DNA of 64,000 bases from Deltaproteobacteria bacterium (lineage in GTDB: Bacteria > Desulfobacterota_D > UBA1144 > Nemesobacterales > JAJCZQ01): the NCBI GenBank assembly GCA_029262335.1, contig JAJCZQ010000039.1, forward strand, positions 2,138-66,137. Reading direction: 5' to 3'. The notes beneath the pieces were generated by a model. It worked only from the letters and a program-made list of their open reading frames with translations. It was not told the DNA's origin and ran no database searches. Below, in pieces: positions 29,205-38,181 of the stretch. Made by a program: the position numbers and the translations under genes. Each line of letters opens with the position of its first letter. Positions within the stretch are counted from its first letter, which is position 1.

Positions 29205-30059
29205 ATGTATAAATTATTAATAATATTTCCGATTGTAACTTTATTGTTTTTTATGATATTAAATAATTCAAATTCTATGCAGCAGCCGGCTCCATTTGAC
29301 CAGAATCACACAATATTCACAAAGTTACTGAATCAAAACGTAAAAGATTCTAAAGTAAATTACCAGGGATTTATTGATTCTCCCGAATTTGATAAGTATC
29401 TGGAATCATTAGATAATATAGAACCTGAAATTTTTAATTACTGGAATGAGCAGCAAAAAATTGCCTTCTGGATCAATGCATACAACGCCTTTACAATTAA
29501 AGCAATAATTGACCACTACCCTATAGAAAGGAGTTTTACATTGATAGGGATATTTTATGCACCAAAAAACAGTATTCTCCAGATTCCAGGTGTATGGAAA
29601 AAACTGCAGTTTCGTGCAGTGGGGCAAAAAGTAACCCTTGATCATATTGAGCACGGAATTCTTAGAAAAGAGTTTAACGAACCGCGTATACATGTTGCCA
29701 TAAACTGTGCATCTATAAGCTGTCCCGATCTTAGAGACGAAGCATATGTGTCCGATAATCTGGAATATCAGCTGAATGATGCCTCACAAAAATTTGTAAG
29801 AAATACATCAAAAGGTGTGGAAATAGATAAAGAGAATAATAGAGTTAAAGTGTCTAAAATATTCAAATGGTTTGGTGAAGATTTTTACAGGAATTATAAC
29901 AGGCCGGGTTTTATGCTACGGTCAGGTAAACAAAACGGTACACTGGGTTTTATTTATGATTATATAGATGACAGTAAAAAAGATTATATACTTAACAGTA
30001 AATATATATTAAAATATTTAAAATATGACTGGGGACTTAACGAAGCAAACATCCAATAG
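29205..30059 (+). CDS. DUF547-domain protein with N-terminal signal/anchor
   Basis: 284 aa. WINAYNAFTIKAIIDHYP and RIHVAINCASISCPDL are typical DUF547 blocks. Confidence 0.6.
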   Translation: MYKLLIIFPIVTLLFFMILNNSNSMQQPAPFDQNHTIFTKLLNQNVKDSKVNYQGFIDSPEFDKYLESLDNIEPEIFNYWNEQQKIAFWINAYNAFTIKAIIDHYPIERSFTLIGIFYAPKNSILQIPGVWKKLQFRAVGQKVTLDHIEHGILRKEFNEPRIHVAINCASISCPDLRDEAYVSDNLEYQLNDASQKFVRNTSKGVEIDKENNRVKVSKIFKWFGEDFYRNYNRPGFMLRSGKQNGTLGFIYDYIDDSKKDYILNSKYILKYLKYDWGLNEANIQ

Positions 30060-30539
30060 ATTAATCCGGGCTGGATTAATTTTCTTTTTATTTCTTTTAA
30101 TCATTATTCCATCATCAGGGTTTGCCAACTGGGGAGGCGGGGATGACAGCGAACCTAAACAGACCAATTTTGAAAAAGGTATTACGGAAATTGAAGCCAA
30201 AAATTACAAAAAGGCAGTTAAGTATCAAAAAAAGCAGCTAAAAAAGACAAGAACAATGCCGATATATATAACCTGCTTGGATACAGCTACAGGAAGATGG
30301 GAAAGTACGACGATTCACTCAAGTACTATACAAAGGCACTGGAACTTGAGCCCACGCACCTGGATGCAAATGAGTATATTGGGGAGCTATATCTCGAAAC
30401 AGACAGGCCCGCAAAAGCAGATGAACACCTGCAAATACTGGCAGATACTTGTAACTCTTCATGCGAACAGTACGAACAACTGAAAAATGCTATCGAATTA
30501 TACAGTAGTAATAACCCTGTCCCACAAAAGGAGATGTAG
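30025..30539 (+). pseudogene. Secreted TPR-repeat protein interrupted by a -1 frame change in an A-run (or recoded; see findings)
   Basis: Frame 1 gives a signal peptide plus FEKGITEIEAKNYKKAVKY up to about 30233. Frame 3 (open from 30222) continues KKAAKKDKNNADIYNLLGYSYRKMGKYDDSLKYYTKALELEPTHLDANEYIGELYL to 30539. The frame-1 continuation to 30483 looks like nonsense. Confidence 0.55.
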
Positions 30540-30541
30540 AG

Positions 30542-31270
30542 ATGAACACACGCAGAAACTTCATTAAAACGGCAGCGGCAGCCGGCATTGCAGTAGCTGC
30601 AACAGGATATGGTGCTACAAAAACGGCCAAAGCAACAGGGGCAGCAACTATTATGACTCCTGAAAAACAGCAGGCACTTACACCGGACCAGTCACTCCAG
30701 ATTTTAAAGGACGGTAACGAGAGATTTGTAAATGGTAAAGGGCTAAATACCGATCTCCTTGGCCAGGTAAAACAGACTAAGAAGGGGCAGTTCCCATTTG
30801 CAGCAATTGTTACGTGCCTTGATTCAAGGACGCAGCCTGAATATGTATTCGACATAGGTATTGGTGATGTTTTTTGTGGAAGGATCGCAGGAAACTTTGT
30901 TAACACGGACATGATGGGAAGCCTGGAGTTTGCAACAGCTGTTTCAGGAGCAAACCTCGTAGTAGTAATGGGCCATAATCACTGCGGTGCAATAGTCGGG
31001 GCCATTAGTAATGTAAAGCTCGGCAATCTCACACAGACACTTAGCAACCTTAAACCAGCTGTATATGAAGTAAAGGGATTTAAGAGCAAGAAAAAAAATG
31101 CAGAAAATGAAAAGTTTGTACAGGCAGTTGCCGTGGAGAATGTAAAACTAAATGTACAGGCAGTTACAGAAAGAAGTTCGATTATGAATGACCTTGTGGC
31201 AAAAGGTGAACTAAAAGTAGTAGGTGCAATGTATGATATTTCAACAGGAAAAGTTGTTTTTTATGAATAG
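30542..31270 (+). CDS. Beta-class carbonic anhydrase with twin-arginine signal peptide
   Basis: 242 aa with MNTRRNFIKTAAAAGIAVAA (Tat signal) and zinc ligands in CLDSR and GHNHCGA. Confidence 0.85.
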   Translation: MNTRRNFIKTAAAAGIAVAATGYGATKTAKATGAATIMTPEKQQALTPDQSLQILKDGNERFVNGKGLNTDLLGQVKQTKKGQFPFAAIVTCLDSRTQPEYVFDIGIGDVFCGRIAGNFVNTDMMGSLEFATAVSGANLVVVMGHNHCGAIVGAISNVKLGNLTQTLSNLKPAVYEVKGFKSKKKNAENEKFVQAVAVENVKLNVQAVTERSSIMNDLVAKGELKVVGAMYDISTGKVVFYE

Positions 31271-31278
31271 ACGGTATT

Positions 31279-32001
31279 ATGGCTAAATTTTTATTTATTC
31301 ATGGGGCTATGCACGGATCATGGTGCTGGGCAAAAGTGACCGATATCCTTGAAGGTGATGGAAACCGTTGCCTTGAGGTTGACCTGCCGGGTGCGGGCCT
31401 TGACCGCACTCCCCGAAAGGATATTACTTTTAATGATTATATTGAAAGGATTGACCATTTTATCGATATGAATAATTTAAAAGATATAAACCTGGTGGGG
31501 CATTCTATGGCTGGAATGCTTCTTCCAAAGGTTGCCCTTGATAAAGCAAATTGTGTTGTAAATATTATCTTTGTAGCGGCATATGTTTTAAATAAAGGCG
31601 AAAGCCTTATGGATCTTATGCCCGAGGAAAGGGCAAAGATAGTTTATGATAAAGTTGAGAAATCTGAAGATAATACTTACCTTCCCGATTATGAAATGGC
31701 CTTGAAAAGCTATTTTATGGATATTTTGGAAATGGATGAAGATGCGAGGAAAAATTACTATAATTTAATGACACCTCAGCCTTTGGCTCCTCTCACCCAT
31801 AAATCGGACATTGATTTAAGACTGGTTAAACAGCCTATGAACTATGTTAAATGTACAAAGGATGTTGCTGTAACCAATGAACTTGCAGACAGTTTTATAA
31901 AAAAGATCAGCTGTGAAGTCCATGAACTGGAGGCACATCACGACGTGATGCTTTCTCACCCACACGAGCTTGCCAGGCTCCTTGAAAAAATTGCAAGGTA
32001 G
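31279..32001 (+). CDS. Alpha/beta hydrolase (methylesterase/SABP2-like)
   Basis: 240 aa with FLFIHGAMHGSWCW and nucleophile elbow GHSMAG. Confidence 0.65.
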   Translation: MAKFLFIHGAMHGSWCWAKVTDILEGDGNRCLEVDLPGAGLDRTPRKDITFNDYIERIDHFIDMNNLKDINLVGHSMAGMLLPKVALDKANCVVNIIFVAAYVLNKGESLMDLMPEERAKIVYDKVEKSEDNTYLPDYEMALKSYFMDILEMDEDARKNYYNLMTPQPLAPLTHKSDIDLRLVKQPMNYVKCTKDVAVTNELADSFIKKISCEVHELEAHHDVMLSHPHELARLLEKIAR

Positions 32002-32077
32002 TATTGCTTTCTGTAGTTAGTTATTATATTAAATACCACATAACAATAAAACATTAATATAAATATTGTATTAACAC

Positions 32078-32734
32078 GTGAAACTAAAAATAATAAAAAA
32101 AGTTGTACGCTGGTATGGAATATCACAGATCAAAAAAAACGGGTTCTGGTTTGTTGATATTCCGAGAACTTCTTCCACCAGTATTAAGGTACAGCTTGCC
32201 AGAAAATATGGCAGAACATATGGAAAAAGAAATTTATATAATCTAACAAATCATACTAAAGGTATTTTTGGTGACCATTTAACTTCAAAACAAATGGTAA
32301 ATATTTTGGGTCAGGAGGTATGGGACAATTTATTTACTTTTACAATAGTCAGAAATCCATGGGACAGGGCAGTATCGATGTATAATTATTGGTTAAAGAA
32401 TGTTTACCCAAAAGAGACTTCTATTTCATTTAAGGATCACATATTACTTTTAAAAACAAAATATAAAAACGATAAATTACTGATAAATGAGTGCTATGAG
32501 TACATTTCTAATAATAACAAAATTATAGTGGATAAGGTTATACGTTTTGAAAACAGGGAAGAAGAACTCCAAAAAATATCAGAAAAATTGGGTTGTGGTG
32601 ATTTAACTAAAGAACATTATGAAAAAACACTGGGACAGGAAACATACAGGGAATTTTATGACAATGAGACAAGGAGAATTATTGAAGAGGTTTGTGCAAA
32701 AGATATTGAGGAGTTTGGATATAGTTTTGAGTAA
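32078..32734 (+). CDS. Sulfotransferase-family protein
   Basis: 218 aa with FVDIPRTSSTSIK (PAPS 5-prime-phosphosulfate-binding-loop-like) and FTIVRNPWDRAVS. GTG start, AT-rich. Confidence 0.5.
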   Translation: MKLKIIKKVVRWYGISQIKKNGFWFVDIPRTSSTSIKVQLARKYGRTYGKRNLYNLTNHTKGIFGDHLTSKQMVNILGQEVWDNLFTFTIVRNPWDRAVSMYNYWLKNVYPKETSISFKDHILLLKTKYKNDKLLINECYEYISNNNKIIVDKVIRFENREEELQKISEKLGCGDLTKEHYEKTLGQETYREFYDNETRRIIEEVCAKDIEEFGYSFE

Positions 32735-32771
32735 TTCCTATCAAAAGGACTAAGTTCTTTAATGTTACTTT

Positions 32772-33000
32772 GTCATCCTGAACTGGATTCAGGATCTCTC
32801 TTTCATTTCGAACATCGAGAGAAATCTAATTCTTTAATTTGTCATTCCCAATTTGTCAGTGTTCCATAATAAAGAACTTTTACTAAAAATAATTTTTAAA
32901 TACCTTTTGTAATTGTTGTTTCTGATAGGCGTAGTTATATCCGGGAATGACAAAGTTCACCCCCATCTTAATCTTCCCCCCATCAAGGGGGAAGAGATTA
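32772..33000. repeat. Cluster of REP/MITE-like palindromic modules (left of the hydrolase gene)
   Basis: Module A is gtcATCCTGAActggaTTCAGGATc (32775-32795). Module C arms are tttgtcattccc (32838-32849) and gggaatgacaaa (32943-32954). Module D is cccccatcttaatCTTCCCCCcatcaaGGGGGAAGagatta (32958-33000). Confidence 0.7.
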
Positions 33001-33012
33001 GGACTTAAAGTA

Positions 33013-33762
33013 TTAGTAGTTTTTTTGTAGAAAGGCAGTTACCGCTTTCCAGTATCCGGGGCTGTCGAAGAACTTTGCCCAGAGTGCACGTGAGCCGTGA
33101 TTGCCCTTTGTATCAGGCAGATAATAAGTTTTAGTATCGGTATTTATCACCCCGTATATCCCAGCCCAGTTGTTATATTCACTCTTAGCAGAAGTAATAA
33201 AGACAGGGACAGTAATATTCTTTGCCGAGTCCTGTACCCATGTGGGGCTTTTACAAAGTCTTTTAAAATACTCTCCCGGTGCAAATGATACTACTCCATC
33301 GACAAGAGTTGGATGATCTCCCGCAACTTTTAATACAAGTGCGGCCGAATAGGAGCTTCCCCAGGCAATAAGCTTGCCTTCTGCGAAGTTATTCCTCGCA
33401 TATTCAAGTGATGCGATAATGTCCTGCTCTGCATCTGTGTAGTTAATGGGTTTACCTTTTTTTTGGGCAAGTGTTGAAGTTTCATTCTTTACGCCGTTAA
33501 CTGTATTTCCCGACCTCTGGTCAACAGCCATACAGTTGAAGCCGAGCTTGTTTAGCTTTGGAGCGATCTCGTTGTATTCACCCCTGCTCCAACCTGCCTG
33601 GTGAAAAAGGACTATAAAAGGGGTCTTCTTATCGGGGTTTGATATATATGTATCAGCAGTAATTGTGAGTCCGTCTTTTGACGGGAATGTTATTGTTTCA
33701 GCTTGGCAATATTGTGAAGATAGAACAAAAAATAGTAAACATAAAAAAATCTGGATTCCCAA
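33013..33762 (-). CDS. Secreted alpha/beta hydrolase (dienelactone-hydrolase-like fold)
   Basis: Signal peptide GIQIFLCLLFFVLSSQYCQA, then FIVLFHQAGWSRGEY and WGSSYSAAL. I place the start at the TTG at 33762. The track's 48 extra N-terminal codons translate the repeat modules (VILNSFQDL). Confidence 0.6.
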   Translation of the reverse strand: MGIQIFLCLLFFVLSSQYCQAETITFPSKDGLTITADTYISNPDKKTPFIVLFHQAGWSRGEYNEIAPKLNKLGFNCMAVDQRSGNTVNGVKNETSTLAQKKGKPINYTDAEQDIIASLEYARNNFAEGKLIAWGSSYSAALVLKVAGDHPTLVDGVVSFAPGEYFKRLCKSPTWVQDSAKNITVPVFITSAKSEYNNWAGIYGVINTDTKTYYLPDTKGNHGSRALWAKFFDSPGYWKAVTAFLQKNY

Positions 33763-33882
33763 TCCTTTCGACACGCTCAAGACTCCGCGAGTTGGGAATG
33801 ACAAGAGATCCTGAAACGAGTTCAGGATGACAGATCTATCCCCCATCTCAGTCTTCCCCCTTAAAAGGGGAAGAGGATTAAT
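33755..33882. repeat. Cluster of REP/MITE-like palindromic modules (right of the hydrolase gene)
   Basis: Module C' is attcccaa-29 nt-ttgggaatgacaag (33755-33805). Module A' is agATCCTGAAacgagTTCAGGATgac (33808-33831) and is inverted relative to the left copy. Module D' is cccccatctcagtCTTCCCCCttaaaaGGGGAAGaggatta (33838-33880). Confidence 0.7.
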
Positions 33883-33910
33883 AAGGTAAAAATTTATTTT
33901 ATACATATTA

Positions 33911-34138
33911 TTATTTCTCCATTGATCCGTAAGCTTTTGCGGATGAAAAGGCAGATACGCAGTAAGGTACCATAAAGGTCAGTACTAGTTTATAAAAAAA
34001 TTTAAAATCAAAATCACCTTCTAGTATCACATCATGCTGGTTAATGATCGTAAGTATTGGCCCTATGACCAGAGCAACCTTTATTGCTCTTACAGTTGTT
34101 TCCCTTCGGAACCAGTTTTTTACAAATTTAGATTTCAT
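33911..34138 (-). CDS. Small two-TM protein resembling the NrtS nitrate/nitrite transporter family
   Basis: 75 aa. AIKVALVIGPILTIINQHD ... LTFMVPYCVSAFSS matches my memory of the NrtS pattern, and this was not verified. Confidence 0.45.
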   Translation of the reverse strand: MKSKFVKNWFRRETTVRAIKVALVIGPILTIINQHDVILEGDFDFKFFYKLVLTFMVPYCVSAFSSAKAYGSMEK

Positions 34139-34239
34139 AGTTGAATGTATTAGATAAACTTAATGCAAAATTTGATTCAATATAACAGTAATTATAAAAT
34201 ATTGGGGAAATATGGTTATGAAATTTAAAGGAGTATAAA

Positions 34240-36030
34240 ATGGCTGGAAATGTAATGGACTGGGACTTAAGTACTTATTTCCCTGAATTTAAAGGGAAAG
34301 AAATGAATGAATTCAGATCTGAATTAGAAAAAAAGATTGGGACTACTTATGAAAAATCACTGAAATTAAAAGACAGTAACGTCGATACAGGTCCCTGGGA
34401 AGATATTCTTAATGATATTGAAGACCTGTCGAGGAAATATTCACATATTCGTTCATACATTGGATGCCTCGCATCAGCAGATGCCAATAACCAGGACTAT
34501 CTTAAGGAAGAAGCTGATTTTTCACTCATCGGTTCAGAGTTTCAGAAGATAGAGGTAGTTGTATTAAGCACTCTCGAGAACATGTCTGATGATATGGTTA
34601 ATAATATAACTGCCCTTAAGAGTATGGATGGGGCTTCCTATTACATAACAAGGCTTTATGAAGAATCCAAAAAACGCATGTCCAATGAAAAAGAGATCCT
34701 TGCCACTGAACTTGGCGTAGATGGTTTATCTTCGTGGGGAAGGTTGTATAACACCGTGTCGGGAAAACTGACATTTGAAATGAAATACCCCGATGGCTCA
34801 GTAAAAGAAACACCAATGTCCCAGAGAAGGTCACTTCTTGAAAATCCGGACAGGGAGATAAGGAAAGCGGCTTTTCACGGAGGAAACCGTGCATGGGAAG
34901 GGATCGAGGACGTAGCAGCAGCAAGCCTTAATGCCATTTCCGGCACAAGGATTACGTTAAATAAACACAGGGGGATTGACCATTTCCTTGATGTAGCAAT
35001 GTTTCAGTCAGCTGTCTCCCGGGAAACACTTGACGCTATGTTTGGGGCCATCTATGACCAGATAGAAATACCAAAGAGTATTTTAAGGCACAAGGCAGAA
35101 ACTATGGAGATTGATAAAGTATCGTGGTATGACCTTGGAGCGCCCATAGAGCTAGAAAGCAGTGAAGTAATAGACTGGGAAAAAGCCAAGTCAATGGTTT
35201 ACGACTCTTTTAACGGCTCTTATCCTTCACTCGGCAGTTTTGTAAAAGGGGTTTATGATAAAAACTGGATCGACTGGAGCCCGAGGTCAGGGAAACGTCC
35301 GGGCGGGTTCTGTACAGGGTCTATGCTGACAAATGAATCAAGAATATTTATGACCTATAATGACAGCCTTGGGGATGTACTCACACTTGCACATGAAGCG
35401 GGGCATGCATTTCACAGCTACGTTATGAAAGATATAAGGCCTTTCGGTCATTACTATCCGATGACACTTGCCGAGACAGCATCTACCTTCGGTGAGATGA
35501 TCCTCGCACAGGGTATTCTCAATAATGAAACTATTTCTGACGACGAAAAAGCACTTATCCTCGATACCGAGGTAAATCACGCCGCAATCTATCTTATGGA
35601 TATTCCCGTAAGGTATGAGTTTGAAAAATCCCTTTACGAGGAACGGGACAGCGGAGTTCTTAATCCGACAAGGTTAAAAGAGCTTATGGTGGAAACGCAG
35701 GAAAAAGTGTTTGGAGATACGCTTGATGAAAAGGACCCTTATTTTTGGGCTTCCAAACTGCATTTTTATATTACAGGAGTTACTTTCTATAATTTTCCAT
35801 ACACATTTGGTTTTCTGCTTAGCAGGGCAATATTTAAAAAGTTTGCCGAACAGGGGAGTGATTTCCTGGAGCAGTATGAATATTTCCTCAAAATAAGCGG
35901 TTCATATGACTGCGAGGAAGTGGTTTCAAAATCACTTGGTGAGGATATTACATCAAAAGAGTTCTGGGCAGATTCTATAAAGACTCTTGAAGAGCCCCTG
36001 GTAAAATTAAAAGAGATACTGTCTAAATAA
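34240..36030 (+). CDS. pepF: M3B-family oligoendopeptidase F
   Basis: 596 aa with zinc motif HEAGHAFH and a downstream glutamate in AETASTFGE. Confidence 0.8.
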   Translation: MAGNVMDWDLSTYFPEFKGKEMNEFRSELEKKIGTTYEKSLKLKDSNVDTGPWEDILNDIEDLSRKYSHIRSYIGCLASADANNQDYLKEEADFSLIGSEFQKIEVVVLSTLENMSDDMVNNITALKSMDGASYYITRLYEESKKRMSNEKEILATELGVDGLSSWGRLYNTVSGKLTFEMKYPDGSVKETPMSQRRSLLENPDREIRKAAFHGGNRAWEGIEDVAAASLNAISGTRITLNKHRGIDHFLDVAMFQSAVSRETLDAMFGAIYDQIEIPKSILRHKAETMEIDKVSWYDLGAPIELESSEVIDWEKAKSMVYDSFNGSYPSLGSFVKGVYDKNWIDWSPRSGKRPGGFCTGSMLTNESRIFMTYNDSLGDVLTLAHEAGHAFHSYVMKDIRPFGHYYPMTLAETASTFGEMILAQGILNNETISDDEKALILDTEVNHAAIYLMDIPVRYEFEKSLYEERDSGVLNPTRLKELMVETQEKVFGDTLDEKDPYFWASKLHFYITGVTFYNFPYTFGFLLSRAIFKKFAEQGSDFLEQYEYFLKISGSYDCEEVVSKSLGEDITSKEFWADSIKTLEEPLVKLKEILSK

Positions 36031-36067
36031 TTACTAATAATGCCAGAATTTATATATATTAATTGCC

Positions 36068-37231
36068 ATGCAAAAAAAGATACTCCTACTTGGATCCGGT
36101 GAACTTGGAAAAGAATTTGTAATAGCTGCACAAAGAATAGGCCAGACAGTAATTGCTGTCGATAGTTATCCCAATGCACCTGCCATGCAGGTGGCCGACG
36201 GTTATGAAGTCATTAATATGCTGGACGGAGATGCTTTGGATACGGTTGTAGCAAAGCACAAACCCGACTTTATTGTCCCTGAGGTTGAGGCCATTCGTAC
36301 CGAGCGTTTTTATGATTATGAAAAGCAAGGCTATACAGTAGTACCTTCAGCAAGGGCCGCTAATTATACAATGAACAGGAAATCTATTCGCGATTTAGCA
36401 GCTAAAGAGCTGGGTATAAAGACTGCTCCATATGACTATGCTGATTCTGCAAAGTCGCTTCATGAAGCTGCTACTTCAATCGGTCTTCCCTGCGTTGTAA
36501 AGCCCCTGATGTCTTCAAGCGGGAAAGGACAGAGCGTAATTAAAACAGAAGCTGATATTCAAAAAGCATGGGACTATGCCCAGGAAGGTTCCAGGGGAGA
36601 TGTAGCAGAGGTTATTGTAGAAGGGTTTATTGATTTTAATTATGAAATTACACTACTCACTGTAACCCAGAATAACGGGCCAACTCTCTTTTGCATGCCT
36701 ATTGGCCACAGGCAGGAACGTGGTGATTACCAGGAAAGCTGGCAGCCCGCAATCATGCTGGATGAACATTTAAATACCGCACAAATAATGGCAGAACAGG
36801 TTACAAGTGCATTAAGCGGGGCTGGGATTTGGGGTGTGGAATTCTTCATTGCAGATGACGGTGTTTACTTCTCGGAACTGTCACCCCGCCCACATGATAC
36901 CGGTATGGTTACTCTTGGGAATACGCAGAACTTTAATGAATTTGAGCTGCATATCAGGGCAGTCTTAAGTCTCCCAATTCCCGAAATTACACAGGACCGC
37001 ATTGGAGCAAGCGCAGTAATCCTTGCTTCTGATCACTCGGAAAATCCTTCTTTTGAAGGTATCGACAATGTAGCATCAGCACCGCAGTCGGATTTCAGGA
37101 TCTTTGGCAAACCTACTTCCAGGCCATACAGAAGAATGGGTGTTGTTGTTACATATGATGTTCTTGACGGGGATGTGGAAAAAGTTACCCAAAGAGCAAA
37201 AGAAATTGCGGGAAAAGTAAAAGTCCTGTAG
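36068..37231 (+). CDS. purT: Formate-dependent phosphoribosylglycinamide formyltransferase
   Basis: 387 aa with [13 protein letters not shown], an ATP-grasp core ([14 protein letters not shown]) and [13 protein letters not shown]. Confidence 0.9.
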   Translation: MQKKILLLGSGELGKEFVIAAQRIGQTVIAVDSYPNAPAMQVADGYEVINMLDGDALDTVVAKHKPDFIVPEVEAIRTERFYDYEKQGYTVVPSARAANYTMNRKSIRDLAAKELGIKTAPYDYADSAKSLHEAATSIGLPCVVKPLMSSSGKGQSVIKTEADIQKAWDYAQEGSRGDVAEVIVEGFIDFNYEITLLTVTQNNGPTLFCMPIGHRQERGDYQESWQPAIMLDEHLNTAQIMAEQVTSALSGAGIWGVEFFIADDGVYFSELSPRPHDTGMVTLGNTQNFNEFELHIRAVLSLPIPEITQDRIGASAVILASDHSENPSFEGIDNVASAPQSDFRIFGKPTSRPYRRMGVVVTYDVLDGDVEKVTQRAKEIAGKVKVL

Positions 37232-37264
37232 TAATCATATAGTAAGACACTAATTTAATTCAAA

Positions 37265-38176
37265 CTATAAAAGAGAAAATATGTTTTCCACAGGCAGGGT
37301 AGGGTGGAGAATTATATCTATTACAAGGGCAATCATAATAGCCAGCATATATATGATAGAAGTGGCAAAAGCCATGCCGTAGCTCTTATTGTCATATACA
37401 CTTTTTACTATTGTGTATTCAAAATAAATCCCGACAATCAGTGAAAAGATCGCAAAATAAGCCGATGTGATTCCGATCATCCATAGTAAAAGCATAAGAG
37501 GTATCAGGGAAATCGAATAAAGCAGGATTAAAATGTTCGTATACTTGGTTCCGAATGCTACAGGCATTACCGGAATACCGGCTTCCTTATACTGGTCCTT
37601 GTATTTTTGTGCAAGCGCCCAGAAATGAGGGGGCTGCCAAAGCATCATAAATGTAAAAAGAATGAGCCCATCAAGCCCTATGTGCGGCTGTACTGCACTG
37701 TATCCAATAAGTACGGGCAGTGCGCCCGGAATACCACCAAGAATTGTTCCAAACGGGGAGTTTCTCTTTAAAAAGAGTGTATAAAGGATTGTATAGCTAA
37801 AAAATGCTGCCAGTATGAGAAGAGTATTAATGTAGTTTAGAAATATTAAGGAAAGTATTACTGCAACCGCTATCATTACTATTGATAAGCCTGCTGCGTT
37901 TTTGTCTCCAAGTGTTTCAAGTGCTTCAACCCTCTTGGTAAGCCTCTGCATCTGTTTGTCTATTTTTTTATCAAGGACGTTATTAAGAATTGCAGAACCT
38001 GCTGCGCTTAATAGCAGGGTTAGAATACCAAAAAAAGTTACTGACAGGCCCGGCAGGCTTCCTGCACCTAAAACCATCCCTGCAAAGCCGGTAAAGGCAA
38101 CGCTCAGGATAATGCCCGGTTTAGACAAGAGTATGGCTGATACTACTATTTTGCCGGCTGTTGGTTTGGTGCTCAT
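37265..38176 (-). CDS. ctaB: Protoheme IX farnesyltransferase (heme O synthase)
   Basis: 303 aa UbiA-family protein with NNVLDKKIDKQMQRLTKR, located at the end of the oxidase operon. Confidence 0.85.
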   Translation of the reverse strand: MSTKPTAGKIVVSAILLSKPGIILSVAFTGFAGMVLGAGSLPGLSVTFFGILTLLLSAAGSAILNNVLDKKIDKQMQRLTKRVEALETLGDKNAAGLSIVMIAVAVILSLIFLNYINTLLILAAFFSYTILYTLFLKRNSPFGTILGGIPGALPVLIGYSAVQPHIGLDGLILFTFMMLWQPPHFWALAQKYKDQYKEAGIPVMPVAFGTKYTNILILLYSISLIPLMLLLWMIGITSAYFAIFSLIVGIYFEYTIVKSVYDNKSYGMAFATSIIYMLAIMIALVIDIILHPTLPVENIFSLL

Positions 38177-38181
38177 AAGAG

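Noticed and set aside
30025-30483. The 152-aa frame-1 ORF as a genuine complete protein
   Set aside because: After residue ~70 the sequence (QLKKTRTMPIYITCLDTATGRWESTTIH...) loses all TPR character. The -1 frame meanwhile encodes canonical TPR repeats.
32772-33882. The repeats as a CRISPR array or as integron attC sites flanking a cassette
   Set aside because: The units are internally palindromic, of several different types, irregularly spaced and partly inverted. There are no uniform spacers, no cas or intI gene, and no recognisable GTTRRRY/RYYYAAC core sites.
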